Of a stretch of 64,000 nucleotides of DNA, positions 57,483-64,000 are shown in pieces (positions within the stretch are counted from its first letter, which is position 1; the number at the start of each line of letters is the position of its first letter). The stretch lies in contig JAZDKJ010000006.1 of NCBI GenBank assembly GCA_043803105.1, forward strand, positions 416,001-480,000, in the 5' to 3' direction. A program made the translations under genes and the position numbers. The DNA comes from Candidatus Woesearchaeota archaeon. GTDB taxonomy: Archaea > Nanobdellota > Nanobdellia > Woesearchaeales > JAZDKJ01. The notes under the pieces are model-generated. The model did not search any database, had not been told where the DNA came from, and saw nothing but the letters and a program-made list of their open reading frames with translations.

Positions 57483-58567
57483 AAGTTCAAACCAATTTCC
57501 AGAAAGTGGGTTTAACAAAGATTGTTGCAAGATTTGTTGCAAACAAGCTCTTAAAATACTCTATCGCCCAGAAAGCACTTTTTCTATTTGGTTTGGCTTT
57601 TCTTCAAGTTCCGAAGGAAAATCGAAAGTCAGATTATTGTAAAAATTTCTTTGTGGTTGTTACCGTTGACGTTGAACCAGGTTATGTAGATACGGATGGT
57701 TCAAAGAATTGGCATGCCAAAGATGCTTTTGAGGGTTACATTTACGGTCTGCAAAATCTGCTTGCCCTAGCAAAGAAGCACAACGTTAAATTTACTTTCT
57801 TGCTGGATACTCATGCGTTCAGCGCAAAAGGAAAGGCATACAGGGATATTGTTAGGCAGTTGAAACAACTTTTAAGGGAAGGCCATGAGCTGGGATTTCA
57901 TCTGCACCCAAAAGATGACCTTGCCCTCCAAAAAAAGCTCGGAAAGAAATTTGACTACACTTGCGCATCCTTCTATAATACAAAAGAAATTGTGAGTATG
58001 CTTAAGGCAGGAAGAGAGCTAATTAGGGAGCACTTGGGTCACAAAATAGAAAAAGAAGTTGTTAGTTTCCGCTGGGGCAATTGGGGTCTTTCTAGCCAGG
58101 GAGTCAAGGCACTAGCCAGAACTGGTTTTAGGATAGACACTTCATCATGTCCAGGTATCAAGCGTCATCAAGCAGATGACTTGCGATGCGACTGGACGGG
58201 AATCACCACAACTCAGCCTTGGTTGTTGAATTCTTCAGACCTTAAAGACACTTTGAATGGTAATTCAGTTGTGATGGAAATTCCCATAGCTACTGCTACT
58301 TTGTTCAACAAGGTAATCCTTGCTGATCCAAACTATTCCACATTGTTACAAGTGTTGTTTCGGAAACATTACTACATGGCTCAAAGTTACCACAATTCGT
58401 ATTCGTTTGTAGTTTTTACACATAGCAATGAAGCCACATTAAAAGATGGACAATCAACCCCTACATTACAGCAACTTGACAACTTTCTAAATTACCTTAA
58501 GGATTACAATTACGTGAAAGTGGTGCCGCTACATAAGGCAGGCCAAATCCTGAGAGGTCTGAAATGA
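57479..58567 (+). CDS. polysaccharide deacetylase family protein
   Basis: VTVDVE, KFTFLL, GHELGFHLHP, SFRWG, IDTS, EIP. Confidence 0.8.
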   Translation: MKVQTNFQKVGLTKIVARFVANKLLKYSIAQKALFLFGLAFLQVPKENRKSDYCKNFFVVVTVDVEPGYVDTDGSKNWHAKDAFEGYIYGLQNLLALAKKHNVKFTFLLDTHAFSAKGKAYRDIVRQLKQLLREGHELGFHLHPKDDLALQKKLGKKFDYTCASFYNTKEIVSMLKAGRELIREHLGHKIEKEVVSFRWGNWGLSSQGVKALARTGFRIDTSSCPGIKRHQADDLRCDWTGITTTQPWLLNSSDLKDTLNGNSVVMEIPIATATLFNKVILADPNYSTLLQVLFRKHYYMAQSYHNSYSFVVFTHSNEATLKDGQSTPTLQQLDNFLNYLKDYNYVKVVPLHKAGQILRGLK

Positions 58568-59685
58568 AAGAGCATACGTGTATTAAGGTTGCCCAGGTGT
58601 TTAATTTCGATCCCGCAAACGCCAAAGCAAAAGGTGTTCCTATTTTCTTGATTAAATTCCTTGATGAATTAAGAAAAAAAGGTGTTAGGGTTACTGTGAT
58701 AGGAAGGAAGTATAATCCAAGAGATGTTGATTGGTTAAGCTATACCTTTTATCCATTATTTGTTGGTAACAAAAGCTCACCTCTAAAATTTGGTCTGAAA
58801 CTATTTCTATATGGCAACAAATATGTAACCGATGACACCATCATCAATGTACATAGGTTGGAATATCTCCTTGCTTTTTTTCTTCGTAACAATCCTAAAG
58901 TTGTCACGTACCACACAAATATGAGGACTGCTATGTTCTTTCGAAAAGGATGGTTATTTGGTTCCTTCTACGCCCTAATGGAAACCCTTGTGTTGAGGTA
59001 CCATAAATGGTTCAACATTAAAGCAATTGTATTTGTAAGTACCAAGCTAAAGAATGATTATGTTAATTTGTATCCATCAATAAGAGAAAATTGTGTCGTT
59101 CTGCCATTTGGCTGTGACAAATCAGTTTTTCGCGTTTTGCGCAGGACTTCTTTGCGGAAGAAATGGGGTTTGCCTCGTAATAGCAGATTGTTCTTATATG
59201 TGGGCCGGTTAGTTAAGGAAAAACAAGTCGATATACTTGTTAGAGCATTTAATAAGTTGAATCTTAATCGCTCCAAATTCTTAATAGTGGGGGATGGCCA
59301 GGAAAAACCTAATCTACTTCCTTTGGCTTCGGAGTCTGTGCATTTCTTAGGTGAACAAACATTGCCGTTAATATGTGAACTGTACAATTGTGCTGACTGC
59401 ACTTTGGTGGGTTCGCGCTTCGAAGGTGGACCAATTACCATATTCGAGTCTTTGGCGTGTGGTACTCCTGTAATAAGTACTCCTGTGGGAGCTGCCGTAG
59501 AAGTAATTGAGAATGGAATTAATGGGTATATTGTCAATAACCAACAGGAACTTATCGATAGAATGAGACAAGTTGTAACAATGAAAGAGAATATTAGAAG
59601 ACGATGCGTGAAATCCGTTAAAGAATTTAATCCGCGCAATATGGCTCTCGGTTACATTTCTCTCTATCACCGGTTCCAGGAATAA
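58564..59685 (+). CDS. GT4 glycosyltransferase
   Basis: LYVGRLVKEK, IVGDG, EGGPITIFESLACGTPVIST. Confidence 0.92.
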   Translation: MKEHTCIKVAQVFNFDPANAKAKGVPIFLIKFLDELRKKGVRVTVIGRKYNPRDVDWLSYTFYPLFVGNKSSPLKFGLKLFLYGNKYVTDDTIINVHRLEYLLAFFLRNNPKVVTYHTNMRTAMFFRKGWLFGSFYALMETLVLRYHKWFNIKAIVFVSTKLKNDYVNLYPSIRENCVVLPFGCDKSVFRVLRRTSLRKKWGLPRNSRLFLYVGRLVKEKQVDILVRAFNKLNLNRSKFLIVGDGQEKPNLLPLASESVHFLGEQTLPLICELYNCADCTLVGSRFEGGPITIFESLACGTPVISTPVGAAVEVIENGINGYIVNNQQELIDRMRQVVTMKENIRRRCVKSVKEFNPRNMALGYISLYHRFQE

Positions 59686-59686
59686 A

Positions 59687-61258
59687 ATGCCAAGTACAAT
59701 GAAACAGCACCTAATAATATTATTCCTACTTCTTTTCAACACGGCACTAAGGCTCCCCCTAAGCATGCACTTAATACGAAACAATGACAGTATCTTTATT
59801 CTTGGCGCGGTACGTTCCATAATTCATCACGGGTATCTAGTATGGAATTCTACTATATTCTCTCCTTTTGGGTTAAGTACATTTTCTTATCCTGTAGGTT
59901 ACCCTGTATGGTTGTCATTAATTACTCAAGTTCTAGGTCTGGATCCTGAAACTGTTGGAGTTCTCTTTTTTCTGATTGTTCTACCAATCTCTTTTTCTGT
60001 TTTTTATCTGATGTTGAGGAGAATATCCAACAATTTTGTTTTTATTTTCTCATCACTATTTCTACTTTACATAACTCCAAATATCTTTCTAAATTCCTCT
60101 GCTATAATAACAGCCAGACAACTGTATATTTACATCCTAGGGCCAGCGGTGTTGTTTATGTTCCAGAAGTATATTGATAAGCCCACCTTCAAGACTTTAG
60201 TTTTCCTGATTATTATATCATTAGTTATGTTTTTGGTACATCGGCTTGGATTTATTCTTGTTGCTCTTGTTCTCATTATTTACTTGATAATCAGATTGCA
60301 CAGCAAAACAAAAATAATATTGCAAGAAAAATTGATTGCAATTTCTTTAGGTTTTTTCATGATTTTAATGTTGATGCTACAGGTTTTGGATTTAAGAATC
60401 TGGCAAAAATTATTCTACTCCAACCTCAGTGACTATTATCTGTACAACACACAAAACATCCTATTGACAAAACTGATTGCCACTGGATACAAGATCCTCA
60501 ATTCTGTGGGTATTTCTTGGTTCTTAGTTGCAATAGGAATATTTTTCTTGATAAAAAGGGCACGCAAAATGGAGGTTCTAATATGCTTTATAGGTTTCTT
60601 GATTACTACACTGCTTATTAATTGGGTTTATTTTCCTTATGTTGTCTACCTTTTTATGGTTCCTTTGGCCGGATTAATTATTACTGAAGCGTGTAATTTC
60701 ATACCGGGCAGAAGAACTAAAATTGTCTTTCTCATACTTGTTTATGTTATGGCTTTTGGCTTGATAATGTACAAAATCAATTATAATTATCGTCAAACTT
60801 ATACACCTTGGAATGACAATATATACAGTTTCACCGATTATTACAGTGACAATTACCACTGCGAGGCTATGAGCTCAAACGACAACGAATTGCTATTTAT
60901 GATTCAAGCAAAAGTTGACTGTCCCGTATTTGGAAAGCCAAGAAACATGATGCTGGTAAATAGTTCAAAACAGGATAGTCCTCTTATTGTATCCAAAATT
61001 GACGATGTATTATTTAAGAAACAGGTCTTTGGATCATCGGACGAGGAGCTGTTCTTTAACTCTTACTATGACCTCAATATGGACAAATTGTCTCCTCAAT
61101 TGCAAAGAAGATTTGGGTTGCGTTATTATTTGCAAAATGAAGAAAGTGGCTTATTTAACAATTATGATCAGTATATCCCTGCTAAAATTCTTTTGCGGTT
61201 GAGCTCCCGAAATAATAAATTATATGATAACGGAAAACAGGCATTTTGGAGGATTTAG
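59687..61258 (+). CDS. multi-pass membrane protein (possible GT-C transferase or Wzy-like polymerase)
   Basis: About 11-12 TM; N-terminal NDS..SYPVG loop; position in glycan cluster. Confidence 0.55.
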   Translation: MPSTMKQHLIILFLLLFNTALRLPLSMHLIRNNDSIFILGAVRSIIHHGYLVWNSTIFSPFGLSTFSYPVGYPVWLSLITQVLGLDPETVGVLFFLIVLPISFSVFYLMLRRISNNFVFIFSSLFLLYITPNIFLNSSAIITARQLYIYILGPAVLFMFQKYIDKPTFKTLVFLIIISLVMFLVHRLGFILVALVLIIYLIIRLHSKTKIILQEKLIAISLGFFMILMLMLQVLDLRIWQKLFYSNLSDYYLYNTQNILLTKLIATGYKILNSVGISWFLVAIGIFFLIKRARKMEVLICFIGFLITTLLINWVYFPYVVYLFMVPLAGLIITEACNFIPGRRTKIVFLILVYVMAFGLIMYKINYNYRQTYTPWNDNIYSFTDYYSDNYHCEAMSSNDNELLFMIQAKVDCPVFGKPRNMMLVNSSKQDSPLIVSKIDDVLFKKQVFGSSDEELFFNSYYDLNMDKLSPQLQRRFGLRYYLQNEESGLFNNYDQYIPAKILLRLSSRNNKLYDNGKQAFWRI

Positions 61259-61259
61259 A

Positions 61260-62264
61260 ATGAAAATTCGATTCATAAAACGCAAGTCTTTCACTGGTGG
61301 TGAGTCATACGAGAAGATATTGGAAGATGTTCTGAGAAAGCATTACGATTTCAATTCTACTGCTATTAACATCAAAACTAAGCTGAACAATAGGAATAAT
61401 TTGTTATACAATATTAAAAGAATTGTTCCACGCCTATATTTGGCCTGTAAACTAATCTTCATTAAAAAGGGAGATGATATTGTGATTCGTGATTTCTTTG
61501 GAGCAGCTTTTCTTGCTTGCAACTACAAAGCCAGCAAAGTAAACGTAGTTTTGGTACACCATATTGACAAAACGGTTTTAACCCATAAATGGATGTATGG
61601 TCTGCTGGAATTTATGTTCTACAGGAATCTTAAGTATGCAGACTACATAGTAACTGTGTCGCAAACTTGGAAGAAAATCTTCGAAAATCGAGGTTTCCAT
61701 AATGTTAGAGTGATTGAGAATGCCTTTGATATCTCTGATTTTAGTATCACTGATACAGAGGTTTCAAAATTCAAAAGAAAATATGGACTTCATGATAAAC
61801 CAGTTATTTATCTCGGAAATTGTCAAGAGGCAAAGGGAGTAAAAGAGGCTTTTGAAGCCCTTAAGGACCTAAATGTTTATCTAGTAACTAGCGGAAAACA
61901 ATGGGTTAACATTCCCGCTCAGAATCTTGATTTACCGTATAGGGATTACCTAACTCTGCTTAAATCTTCTACCATAGTACTAACCATGTCAAAATTCAAT
62001 GAAGGATGGTGTAGAACTGCTCACGAAGCAATGTTACTTGGCACACCGGTGATAGGAAGCGGTAGAGGTGGAATGCACGACCTTTTGACAGGTGGTGGTC
62101 AAATTATTTGTAACTTTGACGACCTAAAAGAAAAAGTTGAATTGCTTCTGTCGAAAAAATATCTTTACGAGAAGCATTCCCGGCAAGGTCAGAGATTTGC
62201 TAAAAAATTTGATTTGAAACGTTTTGAAAGTCGATGGATTAATTTCATTGAATCCATTTATTGA
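61260..62264 (+). CDS. GT4 glycosyltransferase
   Basis: TGGESY, AKGV, EGWCRTAHEAMLLGTPVIGS. Confidence 0.88.
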   Translation: MKIRFIKRKSFTGGESYEKILEDVLRKHYDFNSTAINIKTKLNNRNNLLYNIKRIVPRLYLACKLIFIKKGDDIVIRDFFGAAFLACNYKASKVNVVLVHHIDKTVLTHKWMYGLLEFMFYRNLKYADYIVTVSQTWKKIFENRGFHNVRVIENAFDISDFSITDTEVSKFKRKYGLHDKPVIYLGNCQEAKGVKEAFEALKDLNVYLVTSGKQWVNIPAQNLDLPYRDYLTLLKSSTIVLTMSKFNEGWCRTAHEAMLLGTPVIGSGRGGMHDLLTGGGQIICNFDDLKEKVELLLSKKYLYEKHSRQGQRFAKKFDLKRFESRWINFIESIY

Positions 62265-62303
62265 ACAATTTGAATAGCTTATGGGATATATTTTTGGTGT
62301 CAA

Positions 62304-63722
62304 ATGACAGAGATTAGTAAGATAATCAAGAACACAGGAATCCTGTTTACAGGTAACATTCTGCTTAAGGCACTAACCTTCTTCCTAACGATTATTATAT
62401 CAAGAAACTTGGGAGTTGCTTCCTTTGGAGAATTTAGCTTTATCGTGTCTTTTACCGCGCTGTTCAGTGTAGTTAGCGACCTCGGTATCAAGGTGATGTC
62501 AAAAAGAGAACTTTCCGTTGAGAAACAAGATAACACAAACTTAGTTTTCAATTCAATTCTTGCCAAAGCCTTTTTGTCAGTGTCAATGATTGTGGCGATT
62601 GTCATATTCTCTTTTGTTTTGGGGTTTAAAGGTGAGTTAAACCTTCTATTGTTAATGAGCCTATGTGTCATCCTAATGTCTTTCTCTGATTATTTCAACT
62701 TTGTGTTTCAAGCGTTTGATAACATGTCTTATGGTATAATAGCTCAAGCAGAAAGAGTTATATTACGCTTGGTGCTCACCTTTCTCTTTCTATCCATTGG
62801 ATTGGGATTGTGGGGAATCTTAGTAGCCTATTTGATTGCCTGCTTAGTGGAGTTAGCCACTCTCATAATACTGTATCATATCCGGGTAAAAAGGCTGACA
62901 CTAAATTTTGATTTAAGATCAACGAAAAGAATTATCATTGCTTCTTTGCCACTGGGAGGTACACTGTTTTTCACCATGTTATATTTTAAGATTGATATGA
63001 CTATGCTCTTTTATTTTAGGGGCGAGATCGAATCTGGTATATATGGAGCTGCTTACAATCTTCTTGACATGCTACAATTTATCCCATTATCCTTAACTGC
63101 TGCATTGGCTCCATGCGCCACAAGATATTTCGTTTGTAGTCGAAGGAAATTGGCCAGGTTATATCATGATGCGTCAAAATATATGATACTAATTTCAGTA
63201 CCTACCGCCTTTGGTTTTCTAGCTTTGGGAGACAAAATAATAAGTTTATTGTACGGTAATGAATTCACTTCAGCTACACCAGTTGCGCGTTTGTTGATAT
63301 TTGCAGCTATTCCTCTATTCCTCAATTACGTTTCAACATCAATCCTTGTGGCCAGTCACCATGAGAAATTCAATTTATATTCTATGATTGTGGCCTTTGT
63401 TATTAATATCGTTGGTAATTTGATTCTAATCCCTTTATACGGTATTTATGGAGCAACATTTTCGACTTTGTTATGTGAGATACTACTGCTTATAGGCAAC
63501 ACTTGGTACATTACTAGTAAACTGTTTAAAATAAATCTTGCAAGTTACTTCTGGATACCAATTCTCTTGAGCTTCGCTACAAGTATAGTCCTTCGGTTAC
63601 TAAGCTGGCTTAACACCTTTCTTTTAATTCTGATCGGCGTCGTGACTTACTCATTACTTTTGTATATTTTTGGGGTCGTGAAAGAGAAAGACTTAACCAT
63701 ATTCAGGTCGATAATAAAATGA
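62304..63722 (+). CDS. Wzx/RfbX-type oligosaccharide flippase
   Basis: IIKNT, SRNLG..FG, DLGI, IDMTML, GIYGAA, NLILIPLYGIYGA. Confidence 0.93.
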   Translation: MTEISKIIKNTGILFTGNILLKALTFFLTIIISRNLGVASFGEFSFIVSFTALFSVVSDLGIKVMSKRELSVEKQDNTNLVFNSILAKAFLSVSMIVAIVIFSFVLGFKGELNLLLLMSLCVILMSFSDYFNFVFQAFDNMSYGIIAQAERVILRLVLTFLFLSIGLGLWGILVAYLIACLVELATLIILYHIRVKRLTLNFDLRSTKRIIIASLPLGGTLFFTMLYFKIDMTMLFYFRGEIESGIYGAAYNLLDMLQFIPLSLTAALAPCATRYFVCSRRKLARLYHDASKYMILISVPTAFGFLALGDKIISLLYGNEFTSATPVARLLIFAAIPLFLNYVSTSILVASHHEKFNLYSMIVAFVINIVGNLILIPLYGIYGATFSTLLCEILLLIGNTWYITSKLFKINLASYFWIPILLSFATSIVLRLLSWLNTFLLILIGVVTYSLLLYIFGVVKEKDLTIFRSIIK

Positions 63723-64000
63723 AGATGAAATACTCCAAAGGTTTCGGAAGCTTTGTAGTACGACTTGCTATCTTTGTAGTTATTGCAATATCAATTTGGA
63801 TTACCATTAAAGTTTTTTTAACAAATTCACCATTATTTAACAGGTTGTTTTTTCTTCCTGATTCTTTTTATCCTTATTCCAAAGCAAGAGTGGGCAATAT
63901 TTTATTATTGTTTGCGGTTTGCGTCATTTTGTACAATAAGAATAATTTGCTGCAGATAAAGTATTTTCCTCCTCAATATAAAGAATCAATTACCTTTTCT
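63719..64000 (+). CDS. membrane protein, 3'-truncated by window end (candidate exosortase/archaeosortase)
   Basis: ATGA overlap with the flippase stop; open for 94 codons: MKMKYSKGFGSFVVRLAIFVVIAISIWITIKVFL..GNILLLFAVCVILYNKNNLLQIKYF; catalytic region not visible. Confidence 0.45.
   Translation, partial: MKMKYSKGFGSFVVRLAIFVVIAISIWITIKVFLTNSPLFNRLFFLPDSFYPYSKARVGNILLLFAVCVILYNKNNLLQIKYFPPQYKESITFS

Noticed and set aside
1-64000. CRISPR array, cas genes, rRNA, integrase or transposase
   Set aside because: No regularly spaced repeats, rRNA-like sequence or recombinase motifs were seen.

Overview
Gene-dense archaeal chromosomal segment. The archaeal assignment rests on archaeal r-proteins (L21e, S6e, S17e, S19e, L39e, L31e), RpoF, Alba, Cbf5, Rpp21, Kae1, TATA/BRE promoters and a BHB-intron tRNA. 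Gene style suggests a DPANN (Woesearchaeota-like) organism, which is inference only. Contents in order: a purine operon (guaB, purA, PurO-like, PurH-like plus a degenerate PurH paralog, purM); translation/transcription genes; a full-length bacterial-type RelA/SpoT homolog; a Trx-CcdA/LutAB operon; argS; an ABC/COG1361 operon with a divergent membrane HTH regulator; an intron-containing tRNA-Arg(UCG) bracketed by hairpins that carry copies of its own ends; eno/gpmA; and a large cell-surface locus (about 44.8-64 kb). That locus holds galT, vanZ and galE, five tandem secreted proteins ending in a PEFG-TM-basic sorting tail, TA modules, split DUF1616 genes, a polyprenol-P GlcNAc-1-P transferase, glycosyltransferases, a deacetylase, a flippase and a truncated membrane gene that may be the cognate archaeosortase. 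Best candidates for an undescribed system: the PEFG-CTERM/glycan locus, the long RSH in an archaeon, and the hairpin-flanked tRNA. All calls are by eye from motifs; no searches were run.
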